DNA of 64,000 nt from Intoshia linei (taxonomy: Eukaryota; Animalia; Orthonectida): the NCBI GenBank assembly GCA_001642005.1, contig LWCA01000023.1, positions 15,069 to 79,068 of the forward strand. Reading direction: 5' to 3'. Under the pieces are notes generated by a model that worked only from the letters and a program-made list of their open reading frames with translations, ran no database searches and was not told where the DNA came from. This document shows, one piece after another, positions 50,512 to 63,554 of the stretch (positions are counted from its first letter, which is position 1; each line of letters starts with the position of its first letter). The translations under genes were made by a program, and so were the position numbers.

Positions 50512-53500
50512 ATGACGAATTCAGCAGAATTCGATCCAAATATAAAGGTATATTTTTGTCCGATTAGATATTTAAAAATCGGTATAATAATAATGCGTTT
50601 ATATTATTATTGCATCATTATAGTATGATATTAACGTATCAAATGTGTGCCATACTTTATTAGTCAAATTTTAATAATTATTGAGATAAGATTAAAACCT
50701 AGATTTTTGAATTATTAGTAAAAAAAATACGTAAATATTCCTTTTATAGTTACTATATTTATAAAATTGTGATACAGTTTGTATATTTAGTTTTAAAATT
50801 TTCAAAATATAAGTGATATAATGGTAATAACATGTATGCGGTTTCGACCGTCACGGTGGATTCTCCAATCTTGAAAATGTACAATGTTTATAATTTTTGT
50901 TTCTAAAAATTCAATGTCTTCATTTTTTATTTATAAAACAATTTATTTATTTTATAATTTTTTTATTGCTGAGTATTTTTTCGCACTATTACCATAAATA
51001 AATATTAAAGTTCTTTTTCTCGCCTATATGAACTTACTAATGTAATGTATGATACAGGAATATGCTAGATCAAATATTGAAATTTATATTAATTAAAATC
51101 CTCGACGATCCAGTATCATGATTAATAAAAATAACAAGCATACATAAAATATCAAATTTATATTATTTTGTCAATACTTTTAAAAAATGGTCATTTTTTA
51201 TAATAATTATATATCCTCCCATGGTCGTGTCATTAAAATAAGAGTACAATTTACATGTTTGTATTTTAAATAATTGATTCAATTTCCACTAACCTCTAAA
51301 ATCGTCCATTTATGGGTGATGTTATCATTTGAATACTATTGATATGTTTAGTTTTTGATGGATAAAATGAATACATCTACCGAAGAAATTAATGACTTTG
51401 AAAACAAAATTTTGGTATTATAAATGGTATGTATATTTTTGATACAATAGGTTTTACAAACAGATCATGACAGAATATTACGAGATACTAATGTACAGTT
51501 GAAATCTCTTTACAATTCTCAAAAAACATCAATCAAAATGACTGAAACCTATTATGAATTATTATCAGCGTCCAAGGAGGTAATATTGAAATTTTGGGTT
51601 TTGAAATGTATATGTGGGACGAATTGATTTCCCAGTTATATTTTTGAATGTATTACACCATCATGATTCATGGTAGTCCCTAATATTACTATTTAGATAC
51701 GCCTCGAAACCACTAAAGCTGCTTCAGATTTTCATAATGCTATACATACTGTAAAAATTTCTCAACACAATGTTCGTCAAGCAGAATTACGATTCAAAGC
51801 CAATAAATCAAATATTACTGCTCAACATGATATAAATATTGCCAATTCTACAGTTTTGTTTATTTTTTTTGTATACAAATAATTTAGTTGGATAATGTCA
51901 TTAAAAAGAAGAGAGAATGTGAAATGATTCATTTAGCAATTTCTAGGCGTTATTCAATTGTTGAAAATCAAATTAAAAAAGAATATACTCAAAATAAACG
52001 TAGGGTCGAAAAAGCTCGGTTTTTTATTTTTTAATTAATCTTCATGGTTTTTAGGAGTTATTATAATATCAAATCCATTACTCATGATATTTTAAAGGTA
52101 TAGTGTTTAATTTAATATATATAAAATACGTACAACTCAGTGATTCTTAACCCGTGTGCGCGACGCGCTAGATAAAGATATTTTAGTTTATTTTATATAA
52201 AATTTTATAAATTAGTTTCAAAATTTTATTTAAACATTGACAATTCTCTCAAGATCATTTTTAATGTGGGTGTTTATGGTGTGTTATGGAGTTATTTGAC
52301 ATTCCATATGTTCACAATGGGAGAATAAGGCAAATAAAAACGTGTATATATAAAACCGCATCGTCAATATACTAATTATTTCATCAAATTGTAGCCAATA
52401 CATGAATTCATCATATGGTGTTCATTAAATTCGGTTATAACAACTTTAACAAAAAAATATAAAAAAATTTTCAGTTAATTTTAATTTGATTTGAAAAATC
52501 ATTTTGGCCCACTGTCAGTGACACAGGAGGCTAATCGGTGAAAACTCATAACTAATATACTCGAATGTTATATAATATACTAATTAATTTAATTTTTCAT
52601 ATTTAATTAACTTTGTTTCAATTTGATACGTGTTTTTATAATTGTAATGTTGTGTGACCATATAATCACACTGGGAGTATTAGGGTTAACCAAATAAAAG
52701 TATTTTTTTATTATTACGGTTTTATATTTTAATCTTTGCATATTTTCGAATATCGATGTGCTTTTTTTATCAAAATTTAAGGTGCACCCCAAATTTTTAT
52801 GTATTTCTCAAGTGGGACATGAAGTAAAAGAGGTTAAGGACCACTGATTCAACTGAATGACTAACTAATGCATTTAGAATAAGCGGATCGAAATTAATCA
52901 ACTCAAAAATAAGCATGGACGAGCAATAAACAATTATAACATTGCTCTTCGTGAGCTAGAAAAAATAAGTGACAGAATTCACGCTTTTCGAGGTCAAAAT
53001 AATGAAAATTCAACTGTATCTAATGTAACTAATTATTTTATGGAAGATGAAGCAATATCAATGACATGGAATCACGAAAATGAAAAAGGTAGTTTTTAGT
53101 TATTTTTAATTTTATTTGGGTTTTCAATATTTATCCGTGTATTTGCAATGTCACTGCTCAGGGCTATATAACAGTTCTAATTATTACTGGTTTATTTTTT
53201 CAAGTTAATACGTGGTGGTAGAAAAAATTTTCTTATGGTGTAGTGAAAATTTTAAGGAACGAAAAAAATCCGAAGGAATGAATTATATAGATTTTCACCA
53301 ATATTTTTTTATTGGAAATGTAGGATCAATATTTACATTTTCAATTTTTATTTTAATCGAAATATTTGAAAAATATTGGTTGAATAATTAAAAATTATTT
53401 TTCATCTGGAAAGCGTTGATTTCTGGGGTTGAAATTTTGTATTTATATTAACTGGAATAAGCTATATCAGAATAATCTTTCTTTTTAATTTTCGGACGTT

Positions 53501-54840
53501 TATTATCTCATATTTTTTGTTTTAATAAAATATTTTTGAAAAAAATATATGAATACTAAAATGCTTTTTTGACTGTGAAGTCGTCACTTATTCGGATTGA
53601 AATTTTTTATGTGTGTTAACAAGATACAACTGTACCACCTGTAATTTTTTTAAATTCTAGGGCTGTTTTCATTAAAAAACAAAAGGGTAATTTGTGGTTT
53701 TGGTTCTGAAGATATATTTTTTTAAATTTAAATTTATGACAATGTTTATGATTTTAAAATATGTATCAAAGACTATATTTTTTTTAATTCTCGAACTTGT
53801 TAGATTTTCCAAAAAAAGGAAAATTGGGGTTTTTGACCCGTAAGATGTGAGTTTCGGAGGTTGAAATTTATCTTACTTTCACCCCCGGAAAAAACTCTAA
53901 TAGAAATGTGGACTTTATAAAATTCTATGACTGGTAGTTATTGAAATAAACGATAACACACACAGACAAACAAAGCATTTTAAGTAACATATAAGTAAGG
54001 ATTTGGAAAATCAACAACGTCATTGGAAAAAGTTAGCAAATGCTGTTTGGAAGTGTACTTTTTAAAATTGAACCCAGACATCAAGCTCAAGGGTCTCATT
54101 TGAATTTAATATTTTCATTTATCCGATATTCATTATGAGGGCCATACAAAATCATTTTACGGCTAAGGGCCATGGAGAGAAAAGGTTGGTAACTTTTGAT
54201 TGGAAGATAAATTTTGAGTTAATTTTTCCACGCGTCAGAAGTTCTGACTCAGAACACACTCGTCAATCCAATTAATTAATATTATAATGTATTCATTAAA
54301 AGTTGACTAGTTAACTAAATGAGTTTATTGAATTGAAAAATTCCGTTATCAATTTTTGTTTAATTATGCATTGTTTAGTAATTTAATTATGAGAATTTTG
54401 TTTGCTAATTTAAAATAAAATTGTAGACATTTTATGTTTCAGTTTTCAATTAAAGTACTAAAACAATATACAACAATGTTTGAATATTAATGAAATCAAT
54501 CCAGTGTGGATTCCACACAATATGCATGCATCATTAATTTTTCAAAATGCACATTCAATTATTTGTGTACTGACTGAGAAATAAAATTTAATGTTCCAAT
54601 ATTGATTAACTATAAATTTTAGAAATAAAATCTGAGGATGTACTTGTAAATGCACCAAAAATTGATAAATTAATGCAATTGGAAACAAATCGAAATAGTA
54701 CTTTAAGCACCTCTACAAACACTTTGAGCGGTATTGAATCTGGAGTAATTCTGAATATAAACAGAACCTGTGAAAAACTGTATCCCCTACCAAAACATTT
54801 AAAATACCTAAAACCATATATTAACGGAAATTTTAAATAA
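50512..54840 (+). CDS. SH3BP5: SH3 domain-binding protein 5-like (Sab/Parcas, Rab11 GEF family)
   Basis: FDPNIK..MNTSTEEINDFE..YYE..ETTKAA..VEKARSYY..YNIALRELEKISDRIHAFR. Confidence 0.85.
52138..52846. mobile_element. hAT MITE in SH3BP5 intron
   Basis: cagtgattcttaacc / ggttaaggaccactg; imperfect TSD gtacaact / attcaact. Confidence 0.75.
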
Positions 54841-55132
54841 ATTGTTAATAAATAAATCGACCTGTACGTATAAGTAGTTACATTAAATAGGCTACATTTG
54901 CTTGGTAATAGGTGATAGGATTTTCCGATTCGCTAGTTTTAATTGTCAAGCCTATTATTGTGCTCATTAGTTTACTTGGCGCATTTTAAGTCATATTAAA
55001 TTTAGGCATCATGTTAACATTTGGCAACAATGCTCCTTATATATCGATTGCTATCGTCACGTTTGGTTTATCTCATTGTAATGTAGAACATTTTAATAAC
55101 TACAAATTTCTCAAACAATAACTACAAAAACA

Positions 55133-57548
55133 ATGAAAAACGATGTAAGTGACGAGTATGTGATAAAACCTGAACACTACCACGAAAACGGTATTACCTG
55201 AAAGAATAAAGTAAATTTAAATCTAGGTAAAAGCATTTTAACAATACGCAGATGCAGTGATTTGATAAATTATTCAGAATTAAAAGACAAAATTGTTTAT
55301 TTTGAATCTGAATCGAATATTAGACCGTGGTCCATGTTGAATTTAGCCTTTCCAGTAATTTTCATTTTTTTGTTGAATATTTAATTTTCAAAGTTTTGAG
55401 CATATTGGATTTTTAATTTTGTCAATTATAAATTTGCATATTAGATGTAGATTTTGTTGTTGAGTAACGATGTGTTTTTTAAATTCCGATATGCATTGCT
55501 GGTTCAGTTTTATTTAAATGCTCAAAGTGTGTAAGCAAAGTATAGATTTGGTAATATATAAATTTGAAATTGAGTAAATTTATGTTTCAAATTATTTTTA
55601 GGAAAACACAATCAAAAACATTGTCAATGAAGAAGACGGACCATCGGATATGTCAAAGCAATCGAGTATTCAATCTTCCAAGATTCCAAAAAGTATTGAA
55701 AAAAATTCTAGTTGTGATTCCTTGAGCACTCAAAACAGTCGACATGTTTTCGACCCAAAAGAATCAGTTTTTAACAGGTTTTCTTCAATCAGAAAATCAA
55801 AATCTCATATTTCTAGAACCCGAGAAAGAGCTGAATCCGCCGAATCAAAATCTAATTTTTATTATGAAAAGTTGTTTAATGTTGAAAACGATTTACAAGC
55901 AATGCAAATTGAAGAATATGTGGATTGTGATTATTTCGGAATTTGTTTTATTGTAATTTTTGGTCAACATACTCAATTGGTCGTTCATAAAATTAAACCC
56001 AATTCTCTCGCTTCGCGGAACAATAAAATTGAAATTGGAACAAAAATTTTCAAAATTAATGGCATTTCCATATCTGATTTAGATTTGATGGAAATTAAAC
56101 ACCTTTTGAAAAATTTGGACATAAAAACTGCTCAGCTCGGTATCGACGATAAAGATTGTCAGAATGCTCATTTTCCGGGGTTTCCATCAGTTTCTTCTAC
56201 TTACACGTCCCATTCCACCGACTCGAGGTTTGAACCAAAAAAAGAGTCCAATAGACTGGTGGTTTCAGTCAATGTTATTTTACGAAAGCAACAGAACGGG
56301 TTTGGGTTTACATTGGCTAGCCAAGATAATCTGTCTAATGACAAATGCGAATTTTTTGTCAAACACATTTATCCAGATAGTTCCGCGTCTCAAGTTGACA
56401 TGAAAGTTGGAGATCAAATCCAATCTATTGACGGCCACCAACTTGAAAATATGAATCAAATTTCTACTGTAAATGTTTTGAGAAGTGTACAAATTGGAGA
56501 TAAAACTAAACTGTTGCTTTACCGATCCATTGATACCGAAATTGTTTCCATTTCTCTTGCTGGCGCTTCTTTGGGAATTGATATTTGTTTTAACGAAGCT
56601 ACGTCCAGAGTTTTTATCAAGGGTATTCAACCTGGTAGTCCCGCTAGTATTTCTTCTTTACAAGTAAACGACCAAATTATCAAAGTTAATTCCAAGAGTT
56701 TGAGCATGTCAAACAAGAATGCTTTGAAATGTATACATAGGGCTTTAATTCACGCTAGAAAATCTCAAATAATTCAATTTGAGGTTGCTCGTCAACCTGC
56801 CTTAAAATCGAATCTTAATCTTAGTCCAAAAAAAATAATTTTAGAAAATACTCAAAGTTCTATATCTGATGATTTGCCACCTTTTGATTTTACGCTTCCC
56901 AGGAACTCTAGAATTTATACCAATTCTGGGATTTCCCGTGATTCTCAAAATTCTTTTATTCGAAATTCAGCTCTACGGCAAAGTATGTCCCATAACGAAA
57001 CCAAATGCAAATCTGTTATGACCAAAACTACCACGATGCCACGTGATAAACAAAATTTTCATTCCAATAGTTTCAGAAATGCTATCAAGTACGAACCTAA
57101 TAGTAATGAACCATATTACCGTATGGGTCACGTTTCACCTTTACCCAAGAAGAAACGAATCAAACATGATATTTTACAAAAAATGAAAAAAATTTTCACA
57201 AAATCCAAAAAAAATTGCTCACCCGTCATTTGTACAGATTATTCTTCTTTAACTAATCAAAATGATAAGAACATTAGCTATTTTATTAAAACAGAAACCA
57301 GTTATAATCAGCCGTCCTTTAATTCGCTTAAATCTCCTAAATTGACCAATTCTCAATCTTATTCTCATAAATATATTAATCAAATTAATTTTAATAAGCG
57401 ACTTCCTACTTATCAAGATCATTGTGATCGGAACAATTTTAATCAAAAAGTTAAATTTTCTCCAGATGAACCTGAACAGTATTTTAATAAATCTAACCAA
57501 AGAAAAAAAGACACTAATAAATTTTACAACAAACTTAATTATTTATGA
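55133..57548 (+). CDS. PARD3: Partitioning-defective 3 (Par-3/Bazooka) homolog with three PDZ domains
   Basis: Three PDZ domains (PDZ2 ILRKQQNGFGFTLASQD..FFVKHI..GDQI..NQISTVNVLRS), aPKC site FIRNSALRQSMS, NSFRNAI, and IRRCSDL (cf. VRRSSDP) in an upstream exon. Confidence 0.85.
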
Positions 57549-58812
57549 ATTTGTTGTTTATACTCATTGCATTTTATTTTATTAATACATTTTTAACATT
57601 CCATTTTTATTTGAGAATTTTATTTCAACCATGTCACTCTTTTTAAATTTACATGTCTTTAATACTGTGTTTTATCGCAGGCAATGACAGTAGACATTAA
57701 AAAAAATTTCAACCCACAGTTTTATAATTGTATACAACATAAATTCTGGTATAGTTTTTAAATTCACAATCATCATAAATAATAACCTCAAAACTGGTAA
57801 TTTTCACGTTAAAAACCCAGAATACCCTTTTTTTAATGAAAAAATTTAAATACAAATTTCGAAACTATTTTATTTAAAAAAAATATTAATCTGATACATC
57901 TTATTCCAGTTGATATAAATACAAAATTTAGACCGCAGAAATCTACGCATTCACTCGTATAACGTTTATGGAAATATAAACTATTTGAAATGGAATGTAC
58001 ATCAGGTGAATAACTTTACGGTCCATGACGTAAAGATCAAAAAACAGATCATGTATAACTGATTTTTTTATTTATAATCATTAAACCACAAAACGATTAA
58101 AATTACATGTAGATGGAAAAAATAAAAGAAATTTGAAAATAACGTAAATATACTCTCTCGCAGCATGATATGTTTTTAAATTTTTTATTTTGTAAACGAT
58201 TTGGCAAGATCTTTTATTGGTAAAAAAGTCGTAGAAATTAAAGTCTTTAATTATTTTGATACTTTAAACGTCTCACCAATTTTGCAATATCATCGAAAAC
58301 ATAATAAACTTGGATTTCCTGACAAATAATATTACAAAGTTAATAAAAAAAAATTTGAAAGATGGTATCTAAAAGGTAAATATCGAAAAAACCACCAATG
58401 TTTCCCTTAGAACAATTTATAACATTTCAAATGAATAAAGATCAATCAAATCGAAGCAAATTACAACTTTAAAAAACAAAAGAGTTCAAAAACCAATTAA
58501 AAAGTCTGCTGATGGGTGCAAAAATCTGAAAAGGTTGTCACATCCACATCCGTTGATTATTGCAAAATTGTTGAGACTTTTAAATCTACATATAAATTTC
58601 TAAAAGGTAAATTTCTACGAATTAATTCGTCCTGTTTTTTTATTTTTTTTAGCCTACGATAGATCTTGTTTCATGATTAATACATAAAAAATTCAGACAC
58701 TTAAAGTATCACTGAGACTAGTTTCTAATAATTGCAAAATTGCTGCAAGGGAGTATATGTGAATAATAATTCATTTGTTGAAATGAAAAAATGTAATACT
58801 AATTTAAATTAT

Positions 58813-59204
58813 TTAATTGTCTTTAACATTTTCCATGAAACTTGCTAAATCAAAATCTTTATCAGTTAATCCTTTAGTGGAGTGAGTCCACAATGTCACA
58901 TTTACCTGCATTTCAAAGTAAAATTAGATATTTCGAATCAAACTATAAATGTATAATGAGTTTACCTTATTATACACATTGAACCATTCAGGGTGATGAT
59001 TCATTTTTTCAGCTTTCAAAGCTACCTTTGTCATAAAACCGAACGCCTAAAAATCGATAAAAAACGGAATATTTAAAAAACATGAATAAAATCTCTAAAT
59101 TCAAATTCCTTGTAAATTGCCTCTTTAGTAGAGCATTTCGTCCAACCTGAAGACAATAATTCAGTTAATCCCATTTTAATAAATTTTATGCGAACACTCG
59201 ACAT
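58813..59204 (-). CDS. PCBD1: Pterin-4-alpha-carbinolamine dehydratase (PCBD/DCoH)
   Basis: [52 protein letters not shown]. Confidence 0.95.
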
Positions 59205-59535
59205 TTAATTTGCATCAAGTATATTTTTTGTAAATAAATAATGTTAATTTGAATTGTTTAAAATGATGCAACATATATGGACTATATTGCTAAATATTGT
59301 AGGTAAATGTATTTAAATGTAATGTAAATTTCTCACAGCAATGCATTGCAATTTTAATGTACATTTTAATTTACTATATATTAATTGTGTTATGAGAATG
59401 AATAATTGAATTGTTAATGAGAATAAATTAAATTTTCATGTTTGAAATTGTAAATTAAATTAAAGTTTATTATAAAATAAAACTTTATTGAATAACCACG
59501 AAAATCCTTATTTAAATAAATTATCGTCTACTAAC

Positions 59536-60831
59536 ATGGTAAAAATTTTGTTTTAAAAATATAATTTGATTAAATAGGGTATTGATGTATCTCATAGAAA
59601 TAAACGGAAAGTACGCCGAACACATCCGGCTAGTGAAGATATTTACCTTGGATTGCTTGTCAAAGTGTACAGATTCTTGGCAAGAAGAACTGACAAAAAA
59701 TTTAACAAAATTATTCTGAAACGTTTGTGTATGAGCCGAAATAATAGACCTCCGGTTTCAATTAAAAAATTGGTAATTTTTGTCACAAAATTAACATTTT
59801 AATAAACACGTTTAACTTAAAGATAATCAGAAAAATACGTACAGTCACTTTTAGTTTATTTGGTATAAATTTTTATTCGTCATCATAGATAATTATTTTT
59901 GGCTTTACATTTAACACCAAATAAACTAAAATTAATAGTACGTATTTTTTATGGCCACTTTAATTTAAAGTTTTGAAAATAATTATTTTCACATCTTTAT
60001 AATGTATGGGAACATTTACGCTGCCTTTCATGTTTGGTTAAATTTTAGGTCAGATTTGAAATTTCTTTCAAAATTTTTGCCTTTTCTGTGTCCCGTATTT
60101 ATAAACCATTGGTTTATCTCAATTATAGTTTTTACGGTGATTCAAAACCGTTCCAGATTATGCAAATTTTTTAAAATTACAAAAGTGAGTTATGATTAAT
60201 ACGATACCCCTAATTATGAGAAAATTTAGTTTGTAGTTATAGTTTCTGGGTAACATACCAATAATTAAATTATAAATTCCTTCATAAATATTTGAGTTGA
60301 TAATTTTTTCCCAAATACTCCTTACTCGTCATCTAAATAAGTGGATGCATCTGAACTAAGAACCTTTAAGATTCCAAGATTCGTGTACACTATAACAGCT
60401 CATAATTTAATTTAGGTTAAAAATATGAAAACTGACGATAACAAGGAAAAAATAGCTGTAGTTGTTGGTACTGTAACTGACGATTCGCGAATTTTCCAAG
60501 TTCCAAAGATAAGAGTAATTTACTTTTTTCTTTTATATTATTTTACTTTTAGATTTGTGCAATAAAATTTACTGACAACGCTCAAAAACGAATTTTGGCT
60601 GCTGGAGGAGAAATTTTGACATTTGATCAATTGGCAAAAATTAGCCCTCTCGGTACAAACACTGTGTTAATGAGAGGTTCTCTTAAAGCCCGAACATCTT
60701 ATCGATACTTTGGTCGTGGTGCAGGATTACCGCAAAGTCATACAAGGTAATATTATTTAGTTTGATTTATATTAATTTTTTTTATTTTTAGACCCCGTGT
60801 AAGATCAAAGAAGAAGCGTAAAATTAATTAA
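59536..60831 (+). CDS. RPL18: 60S ribosomal protein eL18
   Basis: ATG-only first exon; [57 protein letters not shown]. Confidence 0.97.
59821..59959. mobile_element. Palindromic MITE with TTAA flanks (Kolobok-like) in RPL18 intron
   Basis: aaaaatacgtac..ttttagtttatttggt / accaaataaactaaaa..gtacgtattttt inverted arms; TTAA on both sides. Confidence 0.6.
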
Positions 60832-60850
60832 TAAATCCTTAATGTAAAAT

Positions 60851-63026
60851 TTATTTCATCATGTCAAAGTTTGCATTACGTTTTGATATGTTATGGTCAA
60901 ATGGTATTGGATCAAATTCAAATGTTAAAGGATGCTCTCGCTTCATTCCGGTTCCGATTTTGCCGTGTCGACGCTCCCAGGCTATTCTATGTTTTTGTTT
61001 CATTAAAACTTCTCTTGGTTCCATGTCGGCTTCCAAATCGCCGTCTAAAAAATATTATTTTAACAAGTCTTGTATCATGTTTTCGTGTTGACCCATTTAT
61101 ATCGGTGGATGAATTGCTAGTACCTTTGGCTGTCTAAAACTCATGCTTCTCATCAATGGTTAATTTAATCATTTTTTATTACATGTATAAAGTCAATGGG
61201 CTAAGTAACCCAATAAGGTTTTTGGTCCAACTAATCTGATATTGAATTGACGACATACCTTAAATCAGTGGCCCACAGAATATTTTTCGTGGCTTTTGAG
61301 TAAATATGTAAATTAATTTACTTAAACACCGTTTTAAAAATTTTCTACTATAACACGGTGCGCATTCTAAAAAATACCTAAACTTGTGTTAGATCACTAA
61401 ATCGATAATTTCATGTTGATTTAAATGTATAAATATTATGGTGTGACGAGGTCATAATTATTTGCAATTATAGTTTTAAATTAATATTATTTTAAAACCG
61501 TCGTATAAGTAACTCGTTATTTTTCCATACAATAATATCAATTAGTTTATTGTATAAAGTTCAATTATATTTTTATTTTACACATAATATTGACATAAAT
61601 TAACATGTATTGTGATTGCAAATATCGTCATTATTTGAAAGCAGATACAAAAAAAAACATGATATAAGTATGATATGTGATTATTTATGGACTGTAAAAT
61701 CATTATATCATAAATAAATATTTAATTGTTGTTTATTATATTTTTTTAATTCATTAAATTACTCGTAATTATTTAATACGACCAGAATTTTATAAGCAGA
61801 ACATGGACTAATGACCATGCATATGTTGAGTATGTGTATCATACGTCACGTGTTAAGTGTTCTTCTTTGTCTAAAAGCGGTGGTTTTACCTACATAGACG
61901 GAAAAAAAATGTATATATTAAAAAAATATTTTTTCACTTTAATTCAATATGGATAAATACACAATTTAATATAATATTAAAATATATAAATCATGTGAAC
62001 GTTAACGTCATAAATCACAAATAAGTAATAATGTTCAAGCCTCGTTTTTATTATTTTAGCGACCAGAACCGACGGTTATATATGGCTATTTTTAATCGTG
62101 AAGTTGAATTTTATTTGATGTGATATACCAATTTTAGGTGTTTTTCAAAATGCGCACCGTGTAATTGGCTCATTTTAATACTAAATTTTCAAATTGTTCC
62201 GGATTTAAAATTAGTTAAATATATTAGAACCGTTTCTCTTTAGTAACAATTAAAATGTATCATGTATATTTTAAAAAAACGGCCGTAGAATTTTTTGATA
62301 TATAAAAGTAACCGTCGAGATGCAATAGATTGCCTACCCCTGCCTTAAAGTTAAAATAAACTATCATCAAAACGAAATTTAAAGTAAAAAAATAACTCAA
62401 AAGTTACATTTGATTAAAAAGTTGGTTGCCGCTTCGTCAATCATTTCAGTAATATAATGACACTTTTTTTCACCGCCGTAATATAGATTGCATGCGTCTT
62501 TTTTTCCTTGCAAAAGGGTTTGAATTCTCATATCAACCTTCCTGAATAAATTAATATTTAAAATATAAAAAATACATGTCTCGATGTAATTGTTCTTTAG
62601 CTTCATATCTGCAGACCATGTCATTATCATAACATTCATCTATAGTTGGGACTCGATTATAACGTCTGTGATAAAATTTTTTTTGATTTCGTAATTGAAT
62701 GGGACGGATAATGTCTATTTATCAAAAAATATATTTGCATAAAATTAATAATCAGCAATAAAACAAAATTTTAAAGATGAAATATAATACTATCCACCAT
62801 ATAGGTATTTGGGTAGTATAGTTTCGGACCTGATAATTATTATAATCAAAATGCAATGAACAAAATCACTACATTAATTTACTTTTAAAAAACTACCTCT
62901 AAACAATTTGACTGGAGAGTGAATAGTTTTAAACATTAAAGCTATAGCACGACCAATTAACCCTTGAGGGTTCTCGACAGGCTCTAAAACATCTGAATTG
63001 TTATCAGTAAAATTTTCTATTGGCAT
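60851..63026 (-). CDS. NDUFB10: NADH dehydrogenase 1 beta subcomplex subunit 10
   Basis: KFYHRRYNRVPTIDECYDNDMVCRYEA..RD.KVD..KDAC..KYGDL..VLMKQKHRIAWERRHG. Confidence 0.92.
61354..62161. mobile_element. Non-autonomous CAC-terminus DNA transposon with 3-bp TAA TSD (Chapaev3/CMC-like)
   Basis: ~29-bp TIRs cacggtgcgcattctaaaaaatacctaaa / tttaggtgttttttcaaaatgcgcaccgtg; taa on both sides. Confidence 0.75.
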
Positions 63027-63129
63027 CTAATTTACAAATATAAAATTAATTATATCAACTTTATTTAATTTGTGTCTTTTTTAAATATATTAACTTTATT
63101 TTGTAAATTTATATTATCGATCGCTAAAC

Positions 63130-63397
63130 ATGGTATGATTTTTAAATATTTTCTTATTTCTAATTTATTTTATAGTAATTATAACATTTATTTGTGCAAT
63201 TTAGTCTCACCGAAAGTTTTCTAAACCGCGACACGGATCCCTAGCCTTTTTACCTAGAAAGAGAACGAAACGACATCAAGGAAAAATTAGATCTTTTCCC
63301 AAAGATGATCGAAAAAAACCTGTACATTTAACTGCCTTTTTCGGATACAAGGCCGGAATGACTCACATTGTTCGTGATGTCAATAGATTAAAGTCAA
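63130..63397 (+). CDS. RPL3: 60S ribosomal protein uL3, first two exons (continues beyond window)
   Basis: ATG-only exon, then [43 protein letters not shown]. Confidence 0.97.
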
Positions 63398-63554
63398 GTA
63401 ATTTCTTTCTTTATATTTCATATTTTCCATAAAGAAGCTGATATTTCAGATTATAAGGCTCGTCTTTGAGTGTAATCAAATTTTATTAATTTATATTTGT
63501 GTGTTAATTTCAGATTTTACTGTGTCTAAATTTTTAGCTTTTTAATCGTTTTAA

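Noticed and set aside
55744-57500. Alternative-frame ORFs inside PARD3
   Set aside because: Shadow ORFs with no independent support
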